A stretch of DNA of 60,346 nt, taken from IMG/VR virus record IMGVR_UViG_3300032218_000496, positions 1 to 60,346 of that record, one strand, 5' to 3'. Numbering within the stretch: the stretch's first letter is position 1; each line of letters begins with the position of its first letter. The stretch is from a virus (lineage: Duplodnaviria; Caudoviricetes). Made by a program: the position numbers and the translations under genes. The notes below the pieces were generated by a model. It made no database searches, was not told where the DNA came from, and saw only the letters and a program-made list of their open reading frames with translations. Shown one piece after another: positions 47,129 to 54,364 of this stretch.

Positions 47129-48223
47129 TTAAAATAAGTATTGGTTAACACGCATCCAGTCAACGAATGGCTGGCTCGTGAGGAACAACTTCTTCTTGTC
47201 ATCATTCTTCATACCTGTCAGACAGAACACAGACTGCAACTCCTTCGGTGTTCGCTTGAGATAAGTAAAGAACTTACCGATGGATTCTCTCTCTATCTTC
47301 TGAACTGCGCTGAACGCTAACATACACAGAGCAACAGGTGATGCAGGAACCTGCGCAGTGTTCGGGTCTTTCAAGATAGACTCCCATGATGGTAGTGCAT
47401 CTGCCACCTCAATGAATGTCATCAGGTCACGAGCACCTGCTGCGCCTATCGTGCCCTCTAGCGCACAGATAACTACGTTCTCGGTCAAACGATCCCGTTG
47501 CTTAACAATCTCTGATGCTCTAGCAAGAGAACGTGGTGAAACAAAAGACTTCTGCGCATCCCTTGGGTTGAAGATATACTTATTCAACTCTTGGGATTGG
47601 TCAAGGTAAGACGCAAGCGTCTCGGGGTGTTGCTTAACCCATGCAAGAATCTCAGGGGCTATGTCGTTGTGGATTGCCCACGCACCCCATGAATCACCAT
47701 CAACTGAGCCATCAGGATTAAACCCTGCGTGTGGTTTCTTAACAGTGATTACGCTTATCCGATTGCGGGAGTGAGCCATCATCACATCACCTACGCCATC
47801 ACCCGAGAAATTACCTGCCGTTATCACGATGTCCTTCTCATGCAATGGGATACCCATAATCATGCGTGGTGTGTTAAGCATAGGGTGTAGCATATTCTTA
47901 ACTGCTTGGTGCGCCTTAGTAAACTCGTCGATGAAGATAACCTTCGGCTCGTTAAGATGGAAACCCCATTGCTCGTTAGGGTAGATACGAGTAGTCTTAG
48001 TCTCGTGGTTAGGAATCGGAATACCCAACTCACCCAACTCGATGTTAGGTGCGTCGATGTAGATACCCATATACCCTGTGCGTCGCACGAGATTACGGAA
48101 CATTGAAGTCTTACCAACCCCAGGTTCTCCCATCAAGTGCATTGTGCCATGTGCACCTAGTGCAATGATTAAGTCCTCGGCTTCTTTGAGAGTAGCCGTT
48201 CTATTTAGAAATACATTTGCCAT
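47129..48223 (-). CDS. MoxR/dynein-related AAA+ ATPase
   Basis: GEPGVGKT Walker A, FIDEF Walker B, TAGN sensor I, RNR Arg finger, SPRS sensor II. Confidence 0.9.
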   Translation of the reverse strand: MANVFLNRTATLKEAEDLIIALGAHGTMHLMGEPGVGKTSMFRNLVRRTGYMGIYIDAPNIELGELGIPIPNHETKTTRIYPNEQWGFHLNEPKVIFIDEFTKAHQAVKNMLHPMLNTPRMIMGIPLHEKDIVITAGNFSGDGVGDVMMAHSRNRISVITVKKPHAGFNPDGSVDGDSWGAWAIHNDIAPEILAWVKQHPETLASYLDQSQELNKYIFNPRDAQKSFVSPRSLARASEIVKQRDRLTENVVICALEGTIGAAGARDLMTFIEVADALPSWESILKDPNTAQVPASPVALCMLAFSAVQKIERESIGKFFTYLKRTPKELQSVFCLTGMKNDDKKKLFLTSQPFVDWMRVNQYLF

Positions 48224-48252
48224 CTTTAATACTCCTTCTTCTTGGTTAAGTT

Positions 48253-48277
48253 ACTTAGCGACACAATGTCGCCAAGT
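48253..48277. repeat. palindrome copy 3
   Basis: ACTTAGCGACA-CAA-TGTCGCCAAGT. Confidence 0.95.
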
Positions 48278-48283
48278 ATTGTT

Positions 48284-49228
48284 TCAAATTGCATGAAAAT
48301 ACCGTTTGTTTTTATCAATGAACATAGAGCCAACAGGTTGTTCAGTTATCGTGAACACTGTGTCTTTATAGACATACTTCAACACCTCATCCATCCTGTC
48401 AACAAAGCGTTCAGGTGCACAGATAACTATATCTTTGTTCCATACCCATCTACCTGCACTCATTGCTACATAAAGCATGGCTTCATACAAGAGTTCTAAG
48501 TCTTGCGTCTGCTCATACTCATGCAGAGCATCCATCAATGTGCTACGATTGAACTGCGCTCGCTCACCTCTATAGCCGTTTGCTATCAACGTAACCTCTG
48601 AGAAGTTTAGTAGTGATATCTGTTTGCCATCAAGCACTTTAGCAATCTCATTCGACAACGCAAGAGAAGTCTTTCCGTAGTCGATGAAGTAACTATACCT
48701 CGTGCGCAGGGCGTTCATAACCTTCCTGTTCATAGAGTATTTCTTCTCAGGCTCATAGTCCTTGGGTATGTATTGCCCCTTGTCGTTCCTAGACAACGTC
48801 AATGTTTTATCAAAGATAAACGATTGGTCATCACCGTTGACAAAATACCACTTACCTTTACAGGACTTTATAGTGCCGATAGGCCTCAACGTATACGTTA
48901 GAAATGCGAACAGCGTTGGGCCCCTCCAGTAATTAGTATGCAATACCACGTCACCATTACTAAAGTATTCAATAATCTTACGAGTGCTAAGATTGCACGA
49001 GTAAGTGCGCTCGAATCTACCTATGGGGTTGCCCTCTTCGAGAATGCAGTTATCATTCCTCTCGATGGTATACCATGTGTATCTACGATTAGTGCCCAAA
49101 GGTCTGCACTCCTGTGCCCTCCCACGGATGGGAGTTACACTCTCAAAGTGACTGCGTGCCTCTTCATACCCTCGCAATGGTTGTATTCGTGCAGCATTGC
49201 ACATGCTCGTTCCATATCCCCAACTCAT
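48284..49228 (-). CDS. hypothetical early protein
   Basis: 314-aa ORF; ATGA-coupled start. Confidence 0.7.
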   Translation of the reverse strand: MSWGYGTSMCNAARIQPLRGYEEARSHFESVTPIRGRAQECRPLGTNRRYTWYTIERNDNCILEEGNPIGRFERTYSCNLSTRKIIEYFSNGDVVLHTNYWRGPTLFAFLTYTLRPIGTIKSCKGKWYFVNGDDQSFIFDKTLTLSRNDKGQYIPKDYEPEKKYSMNRKVMNALRTRYSYFIDYGKTSLALSNEIAKVLDGKQISLLNFSEVTLIANGYRGERAQFNRSTLMDALHEYEQTQDLELLYEAMLYVAMSAGRWVWNKDIVICAPERFVDRMDEVLKYVYKDTVFTITEQPVGSMFIDKNKRYFHAI

Positions 49229-49662
49229 TCTTGACCTGCCTTTCCTTCTAAGTATTTAACAATAGCCTTGAGGTCAAACGTCTCAACTTGAAACCTATAG
49301 GCTTCCTTCTGCACGTCATCAAAGCGTTTCTTCAACGCTAAGTGTTGGTCATGCAACTCGACATAGTCCTTCGTCAAAGCATCATGCTCAGCACGCAACG
49401 CATCGTCTCGCAATTCACGAGTGACGGTTGGGTTGATAAACCCTCCCTCTTTAATTACATGCACCTTCGTGACACCATAGTCCTTCTTCTTGATAGCACG
49501 CTTCAAACTCTGCATATAGATATGCTTAATCTGATACAAGCGTTGAGCAGAAACGCCCAACTCTTTAGCAATCACAGATGTGGGTTTGTCGGGCGTGTCT
49601 GCGATAGCACGTTTGAAAGCCTTGAGTAAGGCTAAAGTTTTTCTCTGCATCTTCTTTTGCAT
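49225..49662 (-). CDS. HTH plus coiled-coil protein (candidate regulator)
   Basis: TSVIAKELGVSAQRLYQIK HTH; C-terminal heptads; AAGGAG RBS before ATG 49662. Confidence 0.65.
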   Translation of the reverse strand: MQKKMQRKTLALLKAFKRAIADTPDKPTSVIAKELGVSAQRLYQIKHIYMQSLKRAIKKKDYGVTKVHVIKEGGFINPTVTRELRDDALRAEHDALTKDYVELHDQHLALKKRFDDVQKEAYRFQVETFDLKAIVKYLEGKAGQE

Positions 49663-49663
49663 C

Positions 49664-49888
49664 TTATACTCCTTCTTGGTTAGTACTTGGCGACACCATG
49701 TCGCTAAGTGTTGGTACATCTACTTCAATTACATCATCTTCATCACAAACAAAAGACATGGTCATATCCCATATGCCAAACCTCTCGCTCACAATCTTTT
49801 GCCGTGCAACTTCCTCGGCTTCTTTAGCGTTGGGTGCATCCACCTCCGTGTAGGTGACGCCTGATACGAATACCTTATATCTATTCAT
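49664..49888 (-). CDS. hypothetical protein
   Basis: AGGAG RBS; 3' end runs through palindrome copy 4. Confidence 0.55.
   Translation of the reverse strand: MNRYKVFVSGVTYTEVDAPNAKEAEEVARQKIVSERFGIWDMTMSFVCDEDDVIEVDVPTLSDMVSPSTNQEGV
49685..49709. repeat. palindrome copy 4 (arms swapped)
   Basis: ACTTGGCGACA-CCA-TGTCGCTAAGT. Confidence 0.95.
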
Positions 49889-50048
49889 GTTTTTCCATCT
49901 CCTGAAACTTTAAAAGTTGTTCGTTGATTTCAGTCTTTGTATACGTCGAGACTAAGTCATCTAACCTCTCAGATTTCTCCTGAGCCTTTTCGCCACCAAT
50001 ACCTGCGTATAAGGCACACAATAGAAATATCTTATCTTCGCCCTTCAT
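49881..50048 (-). CDS. hypothetical protein
   Basis: AGGAGG RBS; ATGA-coupled start at 50048. Confidence 0.55.
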   Translation of the reverse strand: MKGEDKIFLLCALYAGIGGEKAQEKSERLDDLVSTYTKTEINEQLLKFQEMEKHE

Positions 50049-50215
50049 ACTTCCTCCTTCCAATAAGTAAGTGGTATTTCTTGAGCAATACGTAATGCTA
50101 AGTCGGGGGCTTCAGCTGACAGCGTTATGCTGTAACTCAAACCATCGAGCGTTTGCTTAACCTCGTGCAATACATGGCTCTTGCCATCGTTATCTTCAAT
50201 ACAAGTTGCTATCAT
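50045..50215 (-). CDS. hypothetical protein
   Basis: AAGGAG RBS before ATG 50215. Confidence 0.55.
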   Translation of the reverse strand: MIATCIEDNDGKSHVLHEVKQTLDGLSYSITLSAEAPDLALRIAQEIPLTYWKEEV

Positions 50216-50216
50216 T

Positions 50217-50399
50217 TCACTCTCCTTCAAAAGTTTTAATCCAATCAACATGAACCTTAGACAAGTCTAGCCACTTCGCTTCACGCTTACGGTCAGGCTT
50301 ATCTATAGGGTAATTTACCAACATCCCGTGCTCACCCATACGCACCACCTTATAGAACTCAGGCGCATCGGGCTTGCGATACAACTTCATCACTCTCAT
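50217..50399 (-). CDS. hypothetical protein
   Basis: GGAGGT RBS; ATGA-coupled start at 50399. Confidence 0.55.
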   Translation of the reverse strand: MRVMKLYRKPDAPEFYKVVRMGEHGMLVNYPIDKPDRKREAKWLDLSKVHVDWIKTFEGE

Positions 50400-50647
50400 C
50401 TCGCCACCTCCACTAATGCGTTGATGAGCCAATACACAAAGAACCCGAACAGGGTAAGTGGCGCAATGAGCATCGCCATCTCGGACAAGAACATCTTGCA
50501 GTCGGACATACCTGCGTCGTGCTCAAATGCGTTAGCATAGTTGGCGTCCTTGAACGCCTCGCTTTGCGTGCGATGTGTTTTGTTATTGTGCGTGAACTCA
50601 GCCACGTCATCGCCTACATAGGGCGCACCTCTTTTATGTTGCTTCAT
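50396..50647 (-). CDS. small protein with C-terminal TM helix
   Basis: AACCAAGGAGG RBS; hydrophobic segment LIAPLTLFGFFVYWLI. Confidence 0.6.
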   Translation of the reverse strand: MKQHKRGAPYVGDDVAEFTHNNKTHRTQSEAFKDANYANAFEHDAGMSDCKMFLSEMAMLIAPLTLFGFFVYWLINALVEVAR

Positions 50648-50807
50648 GCTTCCTCCTTGGTTGTGGTGTTAATAAATAAAAATACGGGTTGTGCTCACGG
50701 ATTGCTTCAATCTTCTCAGCAAAAGTGGCACTTGTTAATACTCGGCTTAGCATGGTCGCCTCATGTGCATCCCTGCCTCGCCAATGTTTCTTCGCTCTTA
50801 AGTCCAT
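50634..50807 (-). CDS. hypothetical protein
   Basis: AAGGAG RBS before ATG 50807. Confidence 0.5.
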   Translation of the reverse strand: MDLRAKKHWRGRDAHEATMLSRVLTSATFAEKIEAIREHNPYFYLLTPQPRRKHEAT

Positions 50808-50811
50808 CGCT

Positions 50812-51141
50812 TCACTCCTTCTTCTCACATAGTTTGACAATATCGCTAAGGTTACTAGCAACATCCAGTAATACAAAGTTTTTGTGGTCTAGCCTCACAC
50901 CGTTCTTCGTTGCGTCGTTGAGCTGACGTATCGCTAACTTCACGTGTTGCTTTAGCACAGTGTATGAGTCTACCTCGTTGCTCGTGGGCTTATCAAGGAA
51001 GTCTTCCTCGTTGGGTGCGAGTAGCATCTCCATCTCTTCACGGTAGCGCAGGTTCCAATTAGCCCGAAACTTCTTGAGGGAGGTGTTGTCCTTGCGCTTC
51101 TCCCTGTTGTGAGCAACATCTGCTTTTATTTCAATCTTCAT
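50812..51141 (-). CDS. hypothetical early protein
   Basis: AAGGAG RBS and palindrome upstream of ATG 51141. Confidence 0.6.
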   Translation of the reverse strand: MKIEIKADVAHNREKRKDNTSLKKFRANWNLRYREEMEMLLAPNEEDFLDKPTSNEVDSYTVLKQHVKLAIRQLNDATKNGVRLDHKNFVLLDVASNLSDIVKLCEKKE

Positions 51142-51162
51142 GGTTACATCTCCTTGGTTGAT

Positions 51163-51187
51163 ACTTAGCGACAATATGTCGCCAAGT
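51163..51187. repeat. palindrome copy 5
   Basis: ACTTAGCGACA-ATA-TGTCGCCAAGT. Confidence 0.95.
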
Positions 51188-51195
51188 GGTTGGGA

Positions 51196-51417
51196 CTACA
51201 TAGTTCGTTTTGGGTTTAACTGCTTGAGCAACTCTACATCGCTGATGTAAGTCGGGGTGGACTTGTTGCTTGGTATGACCATGCTCTCTTTCCACTTGGA
51301 CTCGACTTTAGCCATTTCGTTGCCACACGGCTTACACGCACGATAGCCTAATGCGTTGCGAGCAGGCTCTACTTCACCCTCGCAATATTTAGAAACAACT
51401 GCATAACATAGATACAT
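51196..51417 (-). CDS. small Cys-containing (zinc-finger-like) early protein
   Basis: C......C and R..LGY..CKPCG pattern; AGGAGG RBS before ATG 51417. Confidence 0.65.
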   Translation of the reverse strand: MYLCYAVVSKYCEGEVEPARNALGYRACKPCGNEMAKVESKWKESMVIPSNKSTPTYISDVELLKQLNPKRTM

Positions 51418-51435
51418 AACACCTCCTAGGTTGAT

Positions 51436-51460
51436 ACTTAGCGACATAATGTCGCTAAGT
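51436..51460. repeat. palindrome copy 6 (perfect)
   Basis: ACTTAGCGACA-TAA-TGTCGCTAAGT. Confidence 0.95.
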
Positions 51461-51539
51461 GGTTGAACTACAAAGAAAAAAGGCATAGCACTAGCGAACG
51501 CAACACGCTAATTAATTTTTATTCATACTACATAGTAGT

Positions 51540-51568
51540 ATTTTACCACATAAACTGTACATTGTCAA
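51540..51568 (-). promoter_or_regulatory. strong sigma70 early promoter
   Basis: TTGACA-N17-TAAAAT with extended -10 TG. Confidence 0.85.
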
Positions 51569-51603
51569 GTTTTAGTAACTAGGCCAAAACGAGGGTTTTT
51601 AGG

Positions 51604-51917
51604 CAATGTTCTGTATTGTTCTGCAATGTTCTAAAAAGATTTAAAAAACAGAACAATAGAAATGTAATGAAATCAATAAGATAGAAGCAATGTTCTGTAT
51701 GTTCTTAATGTTCTAATAAAAGTAATAGTATAAGAACGAAATTAGAATTGGAAAATGGCTACTGCGTTGCACTTCGTGGAAGGGGGTAAGACTGCTTAAT
51801 CCGTAAATTTTCAAGCAAGTAAAATCTAGGAACATTAGGAACATTGGAACATTGCTTTAAAATCAAGGACTTGCTAGGAACATTAGACAGAACATTACAG
51901 GCCAAAAAGGGAACATT
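51604..51917. repeat. iteron-like array with IHF consensus (candidate replication origin)
   Basis: TGTTCT at 51607, 51617, 51627, 51691, 51700, 51709; RGAACATT at 51829, 51838, 51846, 51877, 51889, 51910; AATCAAGGACTTG at 51861. Confidence 0.75.
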
Positions 51918-51937
51918 GCGACATGATGTCGCTAAAT
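51913..51937. repeat. palindrome copy 7 (left arm degenerate)
   Basis: GCGACA-TGA-TGTCGCTAA core overlapping the last iteron. Confidence 0.8.
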
Positions 51938-52076
51938 CACGTGGTGCTAAAGATTTTGTATGATTAGTGAGCTTAAGCTCATTAGTGGAGGGCTATTTCG
52001 TTGCCTCAAGCGTGGCTATTGCGTTGTGGTAGGGGGGAAGGAACTGGTTCTAAAGCAGGGGGTGGGAACTGGTTTG

Positions 52077-52097
52077 AAAAACCCCCGAGGGGGTTTT
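52077..52097. terminator. probable bidirectional terminator
   Basis: AAAAACCCCC-GA-GGGGGTTTT just past the stop at 52102. Confidence 0.6.
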
Positions 52098-52101
52098 GGG
52101 G

Positions 52102-52323
52102 TTAAGAACGACCGTGATGGTAGTCTCGCACCGTGATTGTGAAAACGCTCGCAATATCCATGCGCTCGAGCGAAGGATTCCAATGAACGAACTTAGCCGT
52201 AATCTCGCCAATCTCAGACTGCTTGCAAGCAACGGTTAACAAAGTAACACAACGCCCACGCTCTTCGCCTACACGAATAGGCATAGACAATTTTAAAATA
52301 CCAACAGGTGATTTTTCTACCAT
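52102..52323 (-). CDS. hypothetical early protein
   Basis: GGAG RBS and palindrome upstream of ATG 52323. Confidence 0.55.
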   Translation of the reverse strand: MVEKSPVGILKLSMPIRVGEERGRCVTLLTVACKQSEIGEITAKFVHWNPSLERMDIASVFTITVRDYHHGRS

Positions 52324-52345
52324 TATTTTCTCCAAAAGATTAAGG

Positions 52346-52370
52346 ACTTGGCGACATTGTGTCGCCAAGT
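52346..52370. repeat. palindrome copy 8 (perfect)
   Basis: ACTTGGCGACA-TTG-TGTCGCCAAGT. Confidence 0.95.
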
Positions 52371-52382
52371 TACTACAAAGGA

Positions 52383-53108
52383 TTAACTAGCCCGAGAAAC
52401 TTTCTTCTCGACAACCAACTTGACTGAACCCCTATACCACGCAAGAACCAAATCGAGTTTTTCTTCGTCAATAGAATCCTTGACGATTTTAGCCAACTGC
52501 GATTTTTTGTCAGCCAACTTCTCCAACTCATCTTTATTGGCAACATTCTGACGACGCAACCCTTCTTTCTTAAGACGAATCGCTTCTTCAAAATCGCCCC
52601 GAGCAGCAGCGTCAGCCTTCGCAGTCTCAATGTTGGGAATCGCTTCGAGACGCTTGGCTTCTTTCTGGTCTTTCTCACGCTTCGCAACCGACTTCGGATC
52701 GTCAGACAACGGCACAGTTAAACCCGTCATACCAAAGTATCGCTCAAACTGCTTCGAGCAACTCTTAATAACTGTAGCGTTATTCATGTCGCCCAACTTG
52801 CGAATATCGTTCCATTGATACATAAAAACATTACGCACAGCATGATAGTGCGCATAGTTAATACGAATTTCAGGAACCGTTGAACCCAACGACATGACCG
52901 ACTGCGAATTGGATTCGAGGACACGACGCAGATTGTTGCACATCGCCTTAATACGAACGGCAGTATCTTCGAAAGCGCACTCCAACTTATCAATCGCAGT
53001 AGCAGTATTCTTAATCAGAACAACTGAATCAGCCGATAAAGCATATTTTCCATCAGCGCTTACTGCGCCCCCTAATTCTTCTAAATCGTCAAATTGGTTA
53101 TTTTCCAA
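52383..53108 (-). CDS. hypothetical helical protein, first gene of the early arm
   Basis: 241-aa ORF; TTG start with GGAG RBS. Confidence 0.65.
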   Translation of the reverse strand: MENNQFDDLEELGGAVSADGKYALSADSVVLIKNTATAIDKLECAFEDTAVRIKAMCNNLRRVLESNSQSVMSLGSTVPEIRINYAHYHAVRNVFMYQWNDIRKLGDMNNATVIKSCSKQFERYFGMTGLTVPLSDDPKSVAKREKDQKEAKRLEAIPNIETAKADAAARGDFEEAIRLKKEGLRRQNVANKDELEKLADKKSQLAKIVKDSIDEEKLDLVLAWYRGSVKLVVEKKVSRAS

Positions 53109-53137
53109 GATGAATTCTCCACGATACAGGTTAAGAT

Positions 53138-53162
53138 ACCTAGCGACATCATGTCGCCAAGT
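53138..53162. repeat. palindrome copy 9
   Basis: ACCTAGCGACA-TCA-TGTCGCCAAGT. Confidence 0.95.
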
Positions 53163-53773
53163 TACCTAGTGGCAGTTAGTATCATTACTGCCCCATGTAT
53201 TTAATATACACCTTCTTTTAAAAATAGGTAACTTTCCTACACGATTTAACCTAATCAAATCAAACGCTTACAAAAAGCAAACGCCTAAAAACAAAGCACC
53301 CCAAAAACAAAAAGCGATCCCTCCGATTAGATATAGGTATATAGATTGGTGTAGGATTCCATACTACTACAGGGAAGATACCTAGGTAAGTAAGGTAGGT
53401 CATACAATCTTTGATACACCGAGTAGGGGTTCTAAAACCAGCATACCAACTAGGTACAGTGGTGGCACCCCCAAATAAAGCCGGTGGCATAACTACCTCG
53501 ATACTACACAATGTTCTGCACTGTCATAATTCATTTTTTAAATTGCGTTAGCCGGTTAGCGCAAAAGCGTGTTTTCATGCTGTCTTCCTTTACTTTCGTG
53601 GGTTTCGTGGGTACCCCCTACTCGAATACCGGGAGTTAAGCGTATCCTATTCTATAGAAACACCCCCCGTCACTTGTTTTGGGTCCCCTACTACCCCACT
53701 ATATATTTTTAAAAAACGACACAATCGGGCAAACTATGTATAATAAAGATAACGTAACCCACGAAAAGGTTAT

Positions 53774-54364
53774 ATGCCCGTAAACGTCGAACCAACGCTT
53801 GATAAACCTGTGCCCGCAATGGCTTACCCAGAACGGGGTGAGGATGAAGTAGCCCGTGCAAAGATTGCTGGGAATACTGCACTTATATTAGAAGAGCTCG
53901 GCGCCCCATTTGATATGACAGCAGCTGATCATGCTAAAGCTATAGAGATGTTTAATAGTATGGGTAAGAAGAAAGAACCCACAAAGCAGGAAGAGAACCT
54001 AAAAAATCCTGGGTTTGCGGTATCACTATATAGATACATAAATGACTATGAACGGCAGATTGTTCAAGATAAAGTTCAAGTCAGGACTATAGTTACTAAT
54101 AGGCTAATGGAAATTTCAGAGAGTGAAGATCCTAAAATAGCCCTAAAAGCGCTCGAATTGCTTGGAAAAGCATCAGATTTGTTTGTAGAACACTCAGAAA
54201 TCACTATTACGCATAGGAATAGTACTGAGTTAAAGGATGCAATTAAAGAAAAAATTAAAGCCTTGATGCAAATGAACGCTATAGATGTGATTCCTACATC
54301 AGAACGCCTAGCAAACCTATTAGATGACGATAATGACGACGACAGAAAAATTATCGACGTCTGA
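53774..54364 (+). CDS. terS: terminase small subunit (putative)
   Basis: ALKALELLGK..LF.E motif; directly upstream of and overlapping terL. Confidence 0.7.
   Translation: MPVNVEPTLDKPVPAMAYPERGEDEVARAKIAGNTALILEELGAPFDMTAADHAKAIEMFNSMGKKKEPTKQEENLKNPGFAVSLYRYINDYERQIVQDKVQVRTIVTNRLMEISESEDPKIALKALELLGKASDLFVEHSEITITHRNSTELKDAIKEKIKALMQMNAIDVIPTSERLANLLDDDNDDDRKIIDV

Noticed and set aside
51604-51917. LexA SOS boxes (GTTC-N7-GTTC or GAAC-N4-GTTC)
   Set aside because: Repeat periods are 8-10 or 12 bp rather than 11, and the Gram-positive inverted form is absent
43434-53162. Palindrome copies as a CRISPR array or integron attC sites
   Set aside because: Spacing is irregular (about 270-2700 bp) with whole genes between copies; no cas operon, no integrase, no attC R-box/extrahelical pattern
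43434-53162. N4-type hairpin promoters
   Set aside because: No virion RNA polymerase motifs found, loop sequence not conserved, and canonical sigma70 promoters are present
53260-53511. 83-aa ORF in the gap before terS
   Set aside because: No convincing RBS; composition driven by A-tracts; likely non-coding
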